Source of the DNA: Myxococcota bacterium
Lineage (GTDB): Bacteria > Myxococcota_A > UBA9160 > UBA6930
Length of the DNA stretch: 64,000 bases
Assembly: GCA_965223415.1 (NCBI GenBank)
Contig: OZ245002.1
Location: 5,760,001-5,824,000, forward strand
Reading direction: 5' to 3'
Shown: positions 53,502 through 64,000 of the stretch, one piece after another
Numbering within the stretch: position 1 is the stretch's first letter
Layout of the letters: each line of letters starts with the position of its first letter
Notes under the pieces: generated by a model
What the model saw: the letters and a program-made list of their open reading frames with translations, nothing else
What the model was told of the DNA's origin: nothing
Databases searched by the model: none
Made by a program: the position numbers and the translations under genes

Positions 53502-54982
53502 TCCGGGCCCTCGTCTCTCCGGTTCTCGCCGACCGGCTTGAACAGGGAGAGCTGCGGGGCGTCGCCGCCGCGCTGGATCGGAACCGGGTACTCGTCCGAG
53601 AAGCACGCGTCGCAGTGGCCGTGCTTCAGGTGCTCGGAGAGCTTGCGCAGGCCGTCGACGGAAACGTAGCCAAGGCTGTCGGCGCCGATCGCCTGGCGGA
53701 TCTCGTCGACGCTGCGCCCGGAGGCCATCAGCTCGCTCCGGGTCGGCATGTCGATGCCGTAGAAGCAGGGCGCGATGGTGGGCGGCGCGGAGATGCGCAC
53801 GTGCACCTCGCGGGCGCCGTTCGCCCGCATCAGCGTCGACATCTTGTTGAGGGTGGTCCCGCGCACGATCGAGTCGTCCACGAGGACGACGCGCTTGCCG
53901 GCGAGGAGCTCCCGGATCGGGTTGTGCTTGATCTTCACGCCGAAGTTGCGGATCGATTGCGCCGGCTCGATGAAGGTGCGCCCGACGAAATGGTTGCGGA
54001 TGATGGCGGTCTCGTAGGGGATCCCGGACTCCTCGGCGAAGCCCAGGGCGGCCACGCTCCCGGAATCGAGCAGCGGCACCACCACGTCCGCCTGCACCGG
54101 ATGCTCCCGGGCCAGGGCCCGGCCGAGCTCCTTGCGGTAGGCGTAGACGTTGCTGCCGGGCAGGTTGGAATCGGGCCGCGCGAAGTAGATGTACTCGAAG
54201 ATGCAGAAGGCCTCGCGCTCGGGCCGCGGGAAGGGGCGCAGGGTGCGCAGGCGACCGCGCCGGATCACCACCACCTCGCCCGGGTCCACGTGCCGCTCGA
54301 CGGTGGCGCCGATCAGGTCGAGGGCGCAGGTCTCGCTGGCGACGACCCAGGCCCCATCGAGGCGTCCCAGAACGAGCGGGCGGAAGCCGTGGGGATCGCG
54401 GACCGCCACCAGGGCGTCGTGGGTGAGCATCACCAGGCTGAAGGCGCCCTTCACCCGGGAGAGGGCGTCGATCAGCCGCTCCTCCAAGGACGACTCCCGG
54501 GAGCGAGCGAGCAGGTGGACGATGACTTCGCTGTCCGCGGTGGTGCTGAAGATGGCGCCGCGGCCCTCGAGCTCGCGCCGCACGGCGCTGGCGTTCACCA
54601 GGTTGCCGTTGTGGGCGATGGCGACCGGGCCGCCATCGGTGTTCGCGCAGAAGGGCTGGGCGTTGCGCAGCAGGCTCTCGCCGGTGGTGGAGTAGCGGAC
54701 GTGGCCGATGGCGTGCCGGCCCGGCAGCCGATCGAGCACCTTCTCGCTGAATACGTCGGAGACCAGGCCCATCGCCCGGTGCACGAACTGCTCGCCCCCC
54801 TGGGCGGTGCAGATGCCGGCGCTCTCCTGGCCCCGGTGCTGGAGCGCGTAGAGCCCCAGGTAGGTGATGTTGGCCGCCTCGGCGTGGCCGTGGATGCCGA
54901 ACACCCCGCACTCGTCCCGGGGCCGCTCGGCAGCATGGGTGCGGGCCAGTCGAGACAGGGAGGCGTCGGAGGGGGAGCTCAT
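53498..54982 (-). CDS. purF: Amidophosphoribosyltransferase (propeptide, Fe-S type)
   Basis: RDE-CGVFG, LQHRGQESAG, CIFEYIYFARPDS, VDDSIVRGTT, PCFYGID and CDACF. Confidence 0.97.
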   Translation of the reverse strand: MSSPSDASLSRLARTHAAERPRDECGVFGIHGHAEAANITYLGLYALQHRGQESAGICTAQGGEQFVHRAMGLVSDVFSEKVLDRLPGRHAIGHVRYSTTGESLLRNAQPFCANTDGGPVAIAHNGNLVNASAVRRELEGRGAIFSTTADSEVIVHLLARSRESSLEERLIDALSRVKGAFSLVMLTHDALVAVRDPHGFRPLVLGRLDGAWVVASETCALDLIGATVERHVDPGEVVVIRRGRLRTLRPFPRPEREAFCIFEYIYFARPDSNLPGSNVYAYRKELGRALAREHPVQADVVVPLLDSGSVAALGFAEESGIPYETAIIRNHFVGRTFIEPAQSIRNFGVKIKHNPIRELLAGKRVVLVDDSIVRGTTLNKMSTLMRANGAREVHVRISAPPTIAPCFYGIDMPTRSELMASGRSVDEIRQAIGADSLGYVSVDGLRKLSEHLKHGHCDACFSDEYPVPIQRGGDAPQLSLFKPVGENRRDEGPE

Positions 54983-55971
54983 CCGGGCAGGGACCGATCG
55001 ACGAAGGTGAAGGCCAGGAGCAGATAGTACATCACGGGGATGGCGAGCAGGTTGGAGTCGATGCGGTCGAGGATGCCGCCGGTGCCCGGCAGGATCCCCC
55101 CGCTGTCCTTCACCTTGGCATCCCGCTTCAGCAGCGACTCGACCAGGTCGCCGAGGATGCCGACCACCGAGAGGACCGGTGCCAGCAGGAGACAGGCCGT
55201 GTAGGTGAGCCCGGAGGAGAGCTCGGGCCAGAAGGTGTCGAAGAGGGCCTTGGCCCCCACCGCGACCAGCATGCTCGCCAGCAGGGCCCCCGCGGCGCCC
55301 TCGACGGTCTTGTTGGGGCTGACGAAGGGCGCGAGCTTGCGCTTGCCGAAGCGCCGGCCCGCGAAGTAGGCGCCGGCGTCCCCGCCGATCACCACCGAGA
55401 TGCAGAAGAGCAGGTAGAAGGCGCCGGCATCCGGGTGGATCGCCGCGGCGGCCTCGGGCCCGAAGCGCTGGGCCACCTGATCGCCGAAGGCACGCAGAAC
55501 GATCAGGTGCGAGAGCAGCCAGCCCACGTAGAAGACGCCGAAGAAGGTGCCGGAGATGCTCGCCAGGGCCTCGGCGATCCGGGCCTTGCCGAGCTGGGCG
55601 ACCATCACGCCGAGCAGCACGACCGAGAGCAGCAGGGTCGCCAGGTACTCGCTGCCGAGGTAGGCGACCACCTGCAGGGCCGCCGCGGCCGTCATGCCGA
55701 AGGTGCGCAGGGGCTCGGCGCCCTTGGCCTCGATCATGTCGTAGAACTCGGCCAGGCCGATCATGGTGAAGATCAGCACGGTGGCCAGCATGAGCGGGCC
55801 GCCCTGCCAGATCGCCCAGATGACGAGCGGGATCAGGAAGCTCGCGGTGATCAGCCGCTGGGTGAGGTTGCTGAGCTCCCGCTTGCCGGCCGGACTGCGG
55901 GGAGTGGGCGGCTGGGGATGGACCGGCTCGGATCCGGCTTCCACCTGCTCTTCTTGGGTCGCCCCGCTCAT
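54979..55971 (-). CDS. cdsA: Phosphatidate cytidylyltransferase
   Basis: DAGAYFAG...SPNKTVEG and GDLVESLLKRDAKVKDSG.ILPG.GGILDRIDS. Confidence 0.95.
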   Translation of the reverse strand: MSGATQEEQVEAGSEPVHPQPPTPRSPAGKRELSNLTQRLITASFLIPLVIWAIWQGGPLMLATVLIFTMIGLAEFYDMIEAKGAEPLRTFGMTAAAALQVVAYLGSEYLATLLLSVVLLGVMVAQLGKARIAEALASISGTFFGVFYVGWLLSHLIVLRAFGDQVAQRFGPEAAAAIHPDAGAFYLLFCISVVIGGDAGAYFAGRRFGKRKLAPFVSPNKTVEGAAGALLASMLVAVGAKALFDTFWPELSSGLTYTACLLLAPVLSVVGILGDLVESLLKRDAKVKDSGGILPGTGGILDRIDSNLLAIPVMYYLLLAFTFVDRSLPG

Positions 55972-55982
55972 CCTGCCCCCGA

Positions 55983-56447
55983 CTAGCTTCGGCCGGTGGA
56001 GCCGAAGCCCCCGTCACCCCGTGCAGTTTCGTCCAGACGCTCGCCGGGCTGGACCGGCACGAGACGCGCCCGGGTCACCGGGGCCACGACGAGCTGGGCG
56101 ATCCGATCGCCCCGCTGCACCACGAAGGGCTCGCGGCCCCCGTTCCAGAGCAGGACCCGCAGCTCCCCCCGGTAGTCCGAGTCTATCGTACCGGGGGCGT
56201 TGGGGAGGGTGACGCCGTGGCGCAGGGCGAGGCCGCTGCGCGGGCGCACCTGGCCCTCGTAGCCCGGCGGAATCGCCAGGCGCAGGCCCGTCGGAATCGC
56301 GGCCCGGGCGCCGGGCTCGATCACCGTATCCTCGGTGACCGCGGCGCGCAGGTCGACCCCGGCCGATCCCTCGGTGGCATAGCTCGGCAGGGGCAGGTCG
56401 CCGTGGCCTTCGAGTCGCTCGACCCGGACGACGACCTGTTCCCCCAC
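55983..56447 (-). CDS. dut: dUTP pyrophosphatase
   Basis: [23 protein letters not shown] and [10 protein letters not shown]. Confidence 0.97.
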   Translation of the reverse strand: MGEQVVVRVERLEGHGDLPLPSYATEGSAGVDLRAAVTEDTVIEPGARAAIPTGLRLAIPPGYEGQVRPRSGLALRHGVTLPNAPGTIDSDYRGELRVLLWNGGREPFVVQRGDRIAQLVVAPVTRARLVPVQPGERLDETARGDGGFGSTGRS

Positions 56448-56459
56448 CGCGCCGTCCGC

Positions 56460-58676
56460 CTAGGCGCCCGCGGCGCCCTCGGCGATCGCCCCGACGAGCG
56501 CCTCCTTGCGCGAGAGCCGGATGCGACCGCTGGGGTCGATGTCGATGCACTTCACGAGGACCTCGTCGCCCTCGGCCACCACGTCGGTGACCGAATCGAC
56601 CCGGCCCTCGGCCAGGTGGCTGATGTGCACCAGCCCGTCGGTGCCCGGGAAGATCTCGACGAAGGCGCCGAAGTCGGTGATGCGCTTCACCTTGCCCGTG
56701 TAGAGCTTGTCGATCTCGGCTTCCTGGGTGAGCTCCTCGACCATCGCCTGGGCGCGCTCGAGGCTCGCCAGGTCCGGCGCGAAGATCGACACCGAGCCGC
56801 TGTCGTCCACCTCGACCTTGGAGCCACTCATCTCCTGGATGCCGCGGATCACGCGGCCGCCGGGTCCGATGATGTCGCGGATACGATCCGGCTTGATCTG
56901 GATCACCTCCATCCGCGGCGCCCAGTCCGAGAGCACCGAGCGGTGGGCGAAGCCCGGCAGCTGGGCCTCGCTGTCGCGCTCCATGGTGGAGAGGATGTGG
57001 AGCCGGCCCTCGCGCGCCTGGGCCAGCGCCTCCTCCATCACCTTCCAGTTCACGCTCTTGATCTTGATGTCCATCTGGAGCGCGGTGATGCCGTCCTTGG
57101 TGCCAGCGACCTTGAAGTCCATGTCGCCCAGGTGGTCCTCGTCGCCGAGGATGTCGGACAGCACGGCGTGCTTGTCGCCGCTTTCGATCAGCCCCATGGC
57201 GATGCCGGCCACCGGCGCCTTGAGCGGGACGCCGGCGTCCATCAGCGCGAGGCTGCCGCCGCAGATCGTCGCCATCGAGGACGAGCCGTTCGACTCGAGC
57301 ACCTCGGAGACGACGCGCACCGTGTACGGGAAGTCCTCGCCCGAGGGCATCACCGCCAGGAGCGCCCGCTCGGCCAGGTTGCCGTGGCCGATGTCCCGGC
57401 GCGAAGGCCCGCGCAGGAAGCGCGCCTCGCCTACCGAGAAGGGCGGGAAGTTGTAGTGGAGCATGAAGCTCTTCTCGCTGCGGCCGTGCAGGGCGTCGAT
57501 CGTCTGGGCGTCCTGGCCGCTCCCGAGCGTGGTGTAGACCAGCGCCTGGGTCTCGCCGCGGGTGAAGAGCGCCACCCCGTGAGCGCGCGGCAACGGCCGC
57601 ACCTCACTGAAGATCTGCCGCACCTCGTTCGGCGCGCGGCCGTCGATGCGCACGCCGTCGTCGAGCAGCCGCTCGCGCATCAGGTCCGAGCGCAGGTCGT
57701 GGAGCAGGTTCTTGCTCTTGCTGGTCAGGCTCTTGAGCCCGGCCTGGCGCTCCTCGACCGCGTCGAGGGTGTCGAGGCCGACCTTCTCCTGGCGGTACTC
57801 GGTGGTGATCTCCTCGACCACGCCCTTCTCCACCTCGGAGATCGCGTCGTAGCGCTCCTTCTTGGTCTGGATGCGCACGGCCTCGCGGAGCTTCTCCTCG
57901 GCCATGCCGCGGATGCGCGTGGCCAGGGCCGTGTCCTCTTCCGCGGCCACGAACTCCCGCTTCTCCTTGCCGGCCTTCGCCCGGAGCTCCTCCTGCGCCT
58001 TCAGCAGCGGCTGGACGCTCTCGTGACCGAACTGCAGGGCCTCCAGGATCTCGGCCTCGGTGGCCTCCTGGGCGCCGCCCTCGACCATCACCAGCGCCTT
58101 CTCGGAGCCGGCGACCACCAGCTCGAGAGTGCTCTTCTCCTGGTCCTCGTGGGTCGGGTTGATGATGAGCTGCCCGTCGATCCTGCCGAGACGCAGCCCG
58201 GCGATCGGGCCCTGGAAGGGCAGGTCCGAGATGGTCAGGGCCGTCGAAGCCCCGATGAAGGCCGGGATGTCCGGCGGGTTCTCGCCGTCGACGGCGAGCA
58301 CGGTGGCCACCACGTGGACCTCGTCCTTGTAGCCCGTGGGCCAGAGCGGACGGATCGAACGATCGATGAAGCGACACACCAGGATCTCGCGATCCGAGAG
58401 GCGCGCCTCACGCTTGAAGAAGCCGCCGGGAATCTTGCCCGCCGCCGAGGTCTTCTCGACGAAGTCCACGGTGAGCGGGAAGAAATCCTGCCCGGCCCGC
58501 GGGTCGCCGTGGGCAGCGGTGACGAGGACGACGGTGCCCCCGTAGGTGACGAGCGCGGCCCCTGCGGCCTGCTTCGCCATGCGGCCGGTCTCCAGCGTGA
58601 GCGGGCGACCACCGAGGTCGAGCGTCACGCTCGAGGGTTCGAACCAGTATCCAGAGGATTCAGACATTCCATGCAT
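56460..58676 (-). CDS. pnp: Polyribonucleotide nucleotidyltransferase
   Basis: FFPLTVD, ESNGSSSMA, GDMDFKVAGT, plus KH and S1 domains. Confidence 0.98.
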   Translation of the reverse strand: MHGMSESSGYWFEPSSVTLDLGGRPLTLETGRMAKQAAGAALVTYGGTVVLVTAAHGDPRAGQDFFPLTVDFVEKTSAAGKIPGGFFKREARLSDREILVCRFIDRSIRPLWPTGYKDEVHVVATVLAVDGENPPDIPAFIGASTALTISDLPFQGPIAGLRLGRIDGQLIINPTHEDQEKSTLELVVAGSEKALVMVEGGAQEATEAEILEALQFGHESVQPLLKAQEELRAKAGKEKREFVAAEEDTALATRIRGMAEEKLREAVRIQTKKERYDAISEVEKGVVEEITTEYRQEKVGLDTLDAVEERQAGLKSLTSKSKNLLHDLRSDLMRERLLDDGVRIDGRAPNEVRQIFSEVRPLPRAHGVALFTRGETQALVYTTLGSGQDAQTIDALHGRSEKSFMLHYNFPPFSVGEARFLRGPSRRDIGHGNLAERALLAVMPSGEDFPYTVRVVSEVLESNGSSSMATICGGSLALMDAGVPLKAPVAGIAMGLIESGDKHAVLSDILGDEDHLGDMDFKVAGTKDGITALQMDIKIKSVNWKVMEEALAQAREGRLHILSTMERDSEAQLPGFAHRSVLSDWAPRMEVIQIKPDRIRDIIGPGGRVIRGIQEMSGSKVEVDDSGSVSIFAPDLASLERAQAMVEELTQEAEIDKLYTGKVKRITDFGAFVEIFPGTDGLVHISHLAEGRVDSVTDVVAEGDEVLVKCIDIDPSGRIRLSRKEALVGAIAEGAAGA

Positions 58677-58744
58677 CTCCTCCCGGCCACCCGTCGGGGT
58701 CGGGCCGGGATTCCTTGGGAGGCGGCGGGGGATGCCCAGCCTGA

Positions 58745-58815
58745 GTCGGAATGCGGAATCGGGGATTCGCGGAGCGGTTCGATGGTCCGCGAATCACGGA
58801 TTCGCACATTCCGGC
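58745..58815 (-). promoter_or_regulatory. Long imperfect stem-loop in the pnp leader
   Basis: GTCGGAATG..GAATC..GATTCGCGGA pairs with TCCGCGAATC..GATTC..CATTCCGGC. Confidence 0.55.
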
Positions 58816-58897
58816 CCGTGCGAGGCCCTATCCAACATGAATCGGGCCGCCTCGTTTGTGACCCGCCCGTCTCTCGGGCGGAGTGCCGCGTTCTCTT

Positions 58898-59161
58898 CTA
58901 GCGGCGCAGACCCAATCGCGAGATCAAGGTCCGGTAACGCTCGGGGTCGATGCCCCGAAGATAATCGAGCATCCGGCGCCGCTGGCTCACCAGCTTGAGG
59001 AGCCCGCGCCGGGAATGGTGGTCCTTCTTGTGGGTCTGGAAGTGCTCGGTCAGCTCCTTGATGCGTTCGGTGAGGAGCGCGACCTGCACCTCCGGCGAGC
59101 CCGTGTCCGTCTCGTGGGTGCGGTACTCGCCGAGGATTTCCTGCTTTCGCTGAGCGATCAA
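58898..59161 (-). CDS. rpsO: 30S ribosomal protein S15
   Basis: [13 protein letters not shown] and [18 protein letters not shown] start with an AGGAAG RBS. Confidence 0.98.
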   Translation of the reverse strand: MIAQRKQEILGEYRTHETDTGSPEVQVALLTERIKELTEHFQTHKKDHHSRRGLLKLVSQRRRMLDYLRGIDPERYRTLISRLGLRR

Positions 59162-59199
59162 ACTGGATCTTCCTGTCCTGTCGGTCGGATTGGGTCGAA

Positions 59200-59228
59200 G
59201 GTTTATCAGAGGGGCCAGGGGGCAGCAA
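59200..59228 (-). promoter_or_regulatory. Putative rpsO promoter
   Basis: TTGCTG-17 bp-TAAACC with an extended -10 TG. Confidence 0.45.
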
Positions 59229-59246
59229 CAAGCCCCCCGCGGGAGG

Positions 59247-60197
59247 TCAGCCGCTCTCGAGCAGGCGTAGCGGGTGGAGCTGGCGATCGGGGCGAAGCTC
59301 CATCACTGCCAGCATCTCTCCGCTCGGGAGAAGTGCCGAGAGCCGGTCGCCGGGGCGCGGCGGGGTGCCCGTCTCGAACTCCCCCGAGGCATCGGCTACG
59401 GGGATGGCCGCGCCGTGGCCCACGCGGCGGGCCTGGACGGCGGTGAGACGCACCCGGGGCAGACCCAGGGCCTCGTCCGCCGGGAGCAGCGCGGGCTCGA
59501 GCTCGCCGGCGTCGGCCAGGGCCTCGCAGGCCTCCGGCGTGCGGGCCTGCTCGAGGGCGAAGGGGCCGCTGCGGGTGCGGCGCAGGCCGGAGAGATGGGC
59601 GCCGCAGCCCAGCCGCTCGCCCAGGTCGGCGGCCAGGGTCCGTACGTAGGTGCCCGGCGAGCAGGAGACCTCGATGCCGATCTCCGGCGGCGCGTAGTGG
59701 GGCATCGAGATGGCGTGGATCGTCACGCTGCGGGGCTCCCGCTCCACCTCCTCGCCCTTGCGGGCCAGCTTGTAGAGGGGCACGCCGTCCTTCTTGACCG
59801 AGCTGTACATGGGCGGGAGCTGCTGGATCTCGCCGAGGAAGCCCTCGAGGGCCGCGCGTACCGTCGCCTCGTCGGGCAGCGGGCCGTCGTGCTGGTGGGT
59901 CACGCGGCCCTCGGCGTCGAAGGTGTCGGTGGCGACGCCGAGCCGGATGGTCCCGACATAGACCTTCTCGCCCTCGGACAGGAAGGGCACGAGCTTGGTC
60001 GCGCCACGAATGGCCAGAGGCAGCACGCCGGTGGCCAGTGGGTCGAGGGTGCCCAGGTGGCCGACCTTGCGGATGCCTAGCCAGCGGCGCGCCGCGTCGA
60101 CGACGTCGTGGCTGGTCCAGCCCACCGGCTTGTCCACGACCAGGAAGCCCATCGGCCCCGGCGGGTCCGGGCGCTTGCGGCGTCGCTGCCTACCCAT
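59247..60197 (-). CDS. truB: tRNA pseudouridine-55 synthase
   Basis: [26 protein letters not shown] and [10 protein letters not shown]. Confidence 0.97.
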   Translation of the reverse strand: MGRQRRRKRPDPPGPMGFLVVDKPVGWTSHDVVDAARRWLGIRKVGHLGTLDPLATGVLPLAIRGATKLVPFLSEGEKVYVGTIRLGVATDTFDAEGRVTHQHDGPLPDEATVRAALEGFLGEIQQLPPMYSSVKKDGVPLYKLARKGEEVEREPRSVTIHAISMPHYAPPEIGIEVSCSPGTYVRTLAADLGERLGCGAHLSGLRRTRSGPFALEQARTPEACEALADAGELEPALLPADEALGLPRVRLTAVQARRVGHGAAIPVADASGEFETGTPPRPGDRLSALLPSGEMLAVMELRPDRQLHPLRLLESG

Positions 60198-60552
60198 CGC
60201 TCTCTCCCAGCTCCGCGATCAGCTCCAGGGTGCGGGCGCCCTGGGCGAGGGAGTCGTCATAGTGGAAGCGCAGCTCCGGCACCCGCTTGATCGGGAGGCG
60301 CTGGGCAAGGCGCCGCCGCAGGAAGCCGGAGGCGCTCTCGAGGCCGTCCTGGGTGGCCGGCACCGCGTCGGCGGCGGCCTCCTCGTCGACGGCGATGCGG
60401 CTCCAGTCGACCCGGGCATTGCGGAAGTCCGGAGAGAGGTCGACGCGCGTGATCGTCACCATCCCGATGCGCGGGTCGGTCACTTCGTCGCGAAGCAGCC
60501 GCGCCAGCTCCGCGCGGATCTCCTCGCCCACCCGTTCGGTTCGGCGCGTCAA
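60190..60552 (-). CDS. rbfA: Ribosome-binding factor A
   Basis: RRTERVGEEIR, DPRIGMVTITRVDLSPD and VPELRFHYDDS. TTG start inferred. Confidence 0.93.
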   Translation of the reverse strand: MTRRTERVGEEIRAELARLLRDEVTDPRIGMVTITRVDLSPDFRNARVDWSRIAVDEEAAADAVPATQDGLESASGFLRRRLAQRLPIKRVPELRFHYDDSLAQGARTLELIAELGESDG

Positions 60553-60830
60553 AGGATCCAGGTCTCCTGGTCCACCACCTCGGCGAGGTGCAGGTCCTCG
60601 ATGAAGTCGATCGCCTTCTCCAGCCGCCTTCGCACGGCCAGGCCCTCGTTGGCCACGGTGGTCAGGCCGAGCACCGCGATCTGCCATGTGTCCTGTCCGC
60701 CCACCTCGGCGGCGGACACGTTGAAGCGGTTCCGGGTTCTCTGCAGGATCGACTTCACGACCCCGCGCTTCTGCTTGAGGGACTGGGACCCGTGGACGTG
60801 CAGCTCGACGCGAGCGGCGCCTACGACCAT
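60549..60830 (-). CDS. DUF503 (YlxP-like) protein
   Basis: SQSLKQKRGVVK...RFNVSAAEV..QDTWQ, in its usual position between infB and rbfA. Confidence 0.9.
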   Translation of the reverse strand: MVVGAARVELHVHGSQSLKQKRGVVKSILQRTRNRFNVSAAEVGGQDTWQIAVLGLTTVANEGLAVRRRLEKAIDFIEDLHLAEVVDQETWIL

Positions 60831-60848
60831 GGCCCCCCCTGGCCGGCG

Positions 60849-63326
60849 CTAGAGCTCGGCCGGCTGCTCTTCGAGCTCGAAGGCCTCGATCACGTCGCCG
60901 ATCTTGACGTCGTTGAAGCCCTCGATACCGATGCCGCACTCGAAGCCCGTCTGCACCTCGCGCACGTCGTCCTTGAAGCGCTTCAAGGAGGCGAACTTGC
61001 CCTCGAAGACCTGCACGCCGTCGCGCACCAGCCGACAGCTGGCGTTGCGGCGCACCATACCCTCGGTGATGTAGGAGCCGGCGATCGTGCCGACCCTGGG
61101 AATCGTGAAGGTCTCGCGCACCTCTGCCTGCCCGAGCACGTTCTCCTTGACCGTGGGCGGGAGCAGGCCGGCCATGGCCGCCTTCACCTCGTCCACGACC
61201 TCGTAGATGATCTTGTAGATGCGGACGTCGACGCCGGCGCTCTCGGCGGCCTTGCGCGCCTTGCTGTCCGGGCGAACGTGGAAGCCGATGATGATCGCGC
61301 CGCTCGCCTCGGCGAGCTGCACGTCCTTCTCGGTGATGCCGCCGACCGATGCACGCAGCACGTTCAGCTTCACCTTGTCCGTGGGGAGCTTCTGGAGCGA
61401 ATCGCGGATCGCCTCCGCCGAGCCCTGGGTATCGGCCTTGATGATGGCCGTGAGCTCCCTCGGCCCGTCCCCTTCGGCCTGGGCGAAGAGATCCTCGAGA
61501 CTCACCCGCGGCCGGGACGGGGCGCCGGAGCTCTTGCGCTCCTGGTCCTCGCGGTGGGAAACGATGTCGGCGGCCACGCGCTCGTTCTCGACCGCGTGCA
61601 CCACGTCGCCCGCGTTGGGCACGCCCGACAGTCCGACGACCTGGACGGGCGTGGACGGGGGCGCCTCTTTCAGCACCTCGCCCTTGTCGTTCATCATCGT
61701 GCGGACCTTGCCGGAGTGGGTGCCGACGACAACCACGTCGCCCCGCTTCAGCGTGCCCTCCTGGACCAGCACCGTCGCGACCGGCCCGCGGCCCTTGTCC
61801 AGCTCGGACTCGAGCACGACGCCCTTGGCCCGCAGCATCGGATCGGCCTTCGGCTCGAGCAGCTCCGCCTGCAGCAGCACCGCCTCGAGCAGCTTGTCGA
61901 GGCCCGTCTTCTGGGTGGCGGAAATGTCGATGGCGAGCACCTCACCGCCGAAGTCCTCGACCACGACGTTGTGCTCCATCAGCCGCTGCCGCGCCATCTG
62001 GGGGTTGGCGTCGGGCAGGTCGCACTTGTTCACTGCCACGACGATCGGCACACCGGCGGCCTGGGCGTGATCGATGGCCTCGATCGTCTGGGGCATGATG
62101 CCTTCGCTGGCGGCGATCACCAGGATGACCAGGTCGGTGACCTGGGCGCCGCGGGCGCGCATGGCCGTGAAGGCCGCGTGGCCCGGCGTATCGATGAAGG
62201 TCAGCGTGCCCTGGGCCAGGCTCACCTGATAGGCGCCGATGTGCTGGGTGATGCCGCCGGCCTCGCCGGCCACCACGTCGGTCTCGCGAAGCGCGTCGAG
62301 GAGGGACGTCTTGCCGTGATCGACGTGGCCCATCACCGTGATCACGGCCGGCCGCGACTGGAGGTTCTCCCCCGTCGCCTCGGCGGCCGGCGCCTCCAGG
62401 AACTCCTGCTCCTGGAAGCCCACGTCCTGCACCTCGAAGCCGAATTCCGCGGCCACCTGCTCGGCGGTGGAGACATCGACGGTCTGGTTCACGGCCACCA
62501 TCGTGCCGAGGGCCATGAGCTTGCCCTGGACCTGGGCGGCCTTGGCACCGAGCTGCTTGGCCAGCTCGGCCACGCTGATCTCCCCCTCGACACGAACCAC
62601 TTTCTTCTCCTGCTTGGGCGCCGCGGCGACCTTGGGCTTGGCGGCGGGGGCGTCGCGGCGCTTGCGACGCGGGTTGGAGAAGGCGCGGGTGTCGACCGGC
62701 GCGGGACGACCGGTCGTCCGGCTCGTCACCTGGCGGGCGATCTGCTCCTGCTCGCGGAGGTTCACGACCTCCTTGAACTGCTTGCGCTGGCGGGCGGTGC
62801 GCGCGGCCGCGGGCCCGGTCTCGGCGGGGCCGGTGGAGGGGCGGCGCGCGCCCTCGGCGGCCGGACGCGAGGGCGCCGGCGCGGGCTGGGGCTGTGCCGG
62901 GGCCGGCTGCACGGGAGCCGGCTCGGGCTCCGCGGCGGCCGCGGGCTCCACCGCTTCGGGCTCCGCCTCGGTGGCGGGCTCTTCGGTGGAGGGTGCGACG
63001 TCTTCCGCCAGGGCGGCGGGCTCCACGGCCCCGGGCTCGGCGGCGGCCTCGAGCTCTTCCGGTTCCTCGGCCTCCGGCGGCGCCTCCTCCACCTTCTTCT
63101 TGCGACGGCGGATCACGGCGGTACCGCCGGTCGCCTTCACCCGCGCCTCGGTCACGCGATCGGAGGTCTTCGCGCCGAGCTTGTCGCGCAGCAGGTCCGC
63201 CTGCTCGTCGTCGACGGACGCCATGGCGCTCTTCAGCTCGATGCCCACCGCTTTCGCCTTCTCGACGAAGTCGTTGCGCTCGATGCCGAGCTCTTCCGCG
63301 ATCTTGTAGGCCCTTACCTTCGCCAT
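60849..63326 (-). CDS. infB: Translation initiation factor IF-2
   Basis: [25 protein letters not shown] and SLKRFKDDV. Confidence 0.98.
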   Translation of the reverse strand: MAKVRAYKIAEELGIERNDFVEKAKAVGIELKSAMASVDDEQADLLRDKLGAKTSDRVTEARVKATGGTAVIRRRKKKVEEAPPEAEEPEELEAAAEPGAVEPAALAEDVAPSTEEPATEAEPEAVEPAAAAEPEPAPVQPAPAQPQPAPAPSRPAAEGARRPSTGPAETGPAAARTARQRKQFKEVVNLREQEQIARQVTSRTTGRPAPVDTRAFSNPRRKRRDAPAAKPKVAAAPKQEKKVVRVEGEISVAELAKQLGAKAAQVQGKLMALGTMVAVNQTVDVSTAEQVAAEFGFEVQDVGFQEQEFLEAPAAEATGENLQSRPAVITVMGHVDHGKTSLLDALRETDVVAGEAGGITQHIGAYQVSLAQGTLTFIDTPGHAAFTAMRARGAQVTDLVILVIAASEGIMPQTIEAIDHAQAAGVPIVVAVNKCDLPDANPQMARQRLMEHNVVVEDFGGEVLAIDISATQKTGLDKLLEAVLLQAELLEPKADPMLRAKGVVLESELDKGRGPVATVLVQEGTLKRGDVVVVGTHSGKVRTMMNDKGEVLKEAPPSTPVQVVGLSGVPNAGDVVHAVENERVAADIVSHREDQERKSSGAPSRPRVSLEDLFAQAEGDGPRELTAIIKADTQGSAEAIRDSLQKLPTDKVKLNVLRASVGGITEKDVQLAEASGAIIIGFHVRPDSKARKAAESAGVDVRIYKIIYEVVDEVKAAMAGLLPPTVKENVLGQAEVRETFTIPRVGTIAGSYITEGMVRRNASCRLVRDGVQVFEGKFASLKRFKDDVREVQTGFECGIGIEGFNDVKIGDVIEAFELEEQPAEL

Positions 63327-63372
63327 GTGCTCCTGCAACAACCTCGGGGGAACGTTCCGAACACCCGGGGTC

Positions 63373-64000
63373 TCAGATCTCGCTCTCGCCCTGGGGTGCG
63401 GTCTCGCCGGACTCGGCGGCTTCGGCGGGCTCGGCCCCTTCGGCCGCCTCCGACGCCTCGGCGGCCGCTGCCGCAGCGGCCGCTTCGGCCTCCGCCGCTT
63501 CGCGCGCCGCCTCCTCGGCGGCCGCCCGCTCCGCTTCTTCCGCCTTCAGCACGGCGAGCTCGGCCGCCTTGTCCTTGATGGCCTGGGCGCCCGCCTCGTC
63601 GACGTCGGGCAGGGCCGTGAGCGCGACGGTGTCCGTCGCGGCCAGGTCCTCGAGGGACGCGACGCCCTGCTGGAGCAGGAGCTCCGCCTCGGCCTCGCCA
63701 CAGCCCGGCACCACCGACACGGCCTCCGCCAGCCACTCGGCCACTTCCCTCATGCGGGATTCGCTCTTGATGTCGATCTTCCAGCCCGTGAGCTGCACCG
63801 CCAGGCGGACGTTCTGGCCTTTGCGGCCGATCGCCAGCGAGAGCTGGTCGTCGGGAACGATCACGTCCATCGTCTGGGCCGGCTCGTCGATGATCACTTT
63901 CGACACCTGGGCGGGAGAGAGGGCGCTGCACACGTAGCGGGCGGCGTCGCCGCTCCAGGGCACGATGTCGATGCGCTCGCCTCGCAGCTCCTGCACCACC
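63373..64000 (-). CDS. nusA: Transcription factor NusA, 3' part (5' end outside window)
   Basis: ELRGERIDIVPW, QLSLAIGRKGQNVRLA..LTGWKIDI, HhH repeats and an Ala/Glu tail. Confidence 0.96.
   Translation of the reverse strand, partial: VVQELRGERIDIVPWSGDAARYVCSALSPAQVSKVIIDEPAQTMDVIVPDDQLSLAIGRKGQNVRLAVQLTGWKIDIKSESRMREVAEWLAEAVSVVPGCGEAEAELLLQQGVASLEDLAATDTVALTALPDVDEAGAQAIKDKAAELAVLKAEEAERAAAEEAAREAAEAEAAAAAAAAEASEAAEGAEPAEAAESGETAPQGESEI

Noticed and set aside
63327..63372. ylxR/rnpM between nusA and infB
   Set aside because: Only 46 bp separate the genes, so there is no room for an ORF.

Overview
This is a very GC-rich, gene-dense bacterial chromosomal window. Gene content (PEP-CTERM proteins, PilZ/DUF4388, PEGA and TPR proteins) suggests a Myxococcota/deltaproteobacteria-like organism, which is an inference. 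It holds about 49 CDSs and one tRNA-Gly(GCC), with no CRISPR array, prophage, integrase or transposase. From left to right: (1) a 5'-truncated ferritin-like diiron protein, an alpha/beta hydrolase and a MATE transporter, convergent with TetR-P450; (2) a pentapeptide/PEP-CTERM protein and a PsrA-like TetR-MFP-RND efflux operon with a visible operator, divergent from a membrane CxxCH protein; (3) aceE-aceF-lpdA; (4) two tandem paralogous PEP-CTERM proteins; (5) DUF72 and a four-gene uncharacterised envelope operon (TPR protein, degenerate-vWA lipoprotein, LolA-like protein, ExeA-like AAA-PEGA); (6) the divergent NHEJ pair ligD/ku followed by a perfect 30-bp inverted repeat; (7) purL-purB-methyltransferase-AI-2E, an AsmA-like gene and an SDR; (8) a ~1080-aa acyltransferase fusion with a possible permuted papain-like C-terminal domain, divergent from a PEP-CTERM gene with a sigma54 promoter and repeated palindromes; (9) tRNA-Gly, a spermidine-synthase-like membrane fusion, UDP-sugar dehydrogenase, pgsA, a lytic transglycosylase, nadB and PilZ-PilZ-DUF4388; (10) the nusA-infB-DUF503-rbfA-truB-rpsO-pnp-dut-cdsA-purF string, extended by puuA/puuD-like genes. 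The best candidates for undescribed systems are the envelope operon (20046-24665), the acyltransferase fusion (38795-42037) and the PEP-CTERM surface proteins with their regulation. All calls come from motif recognition; no database search was run.
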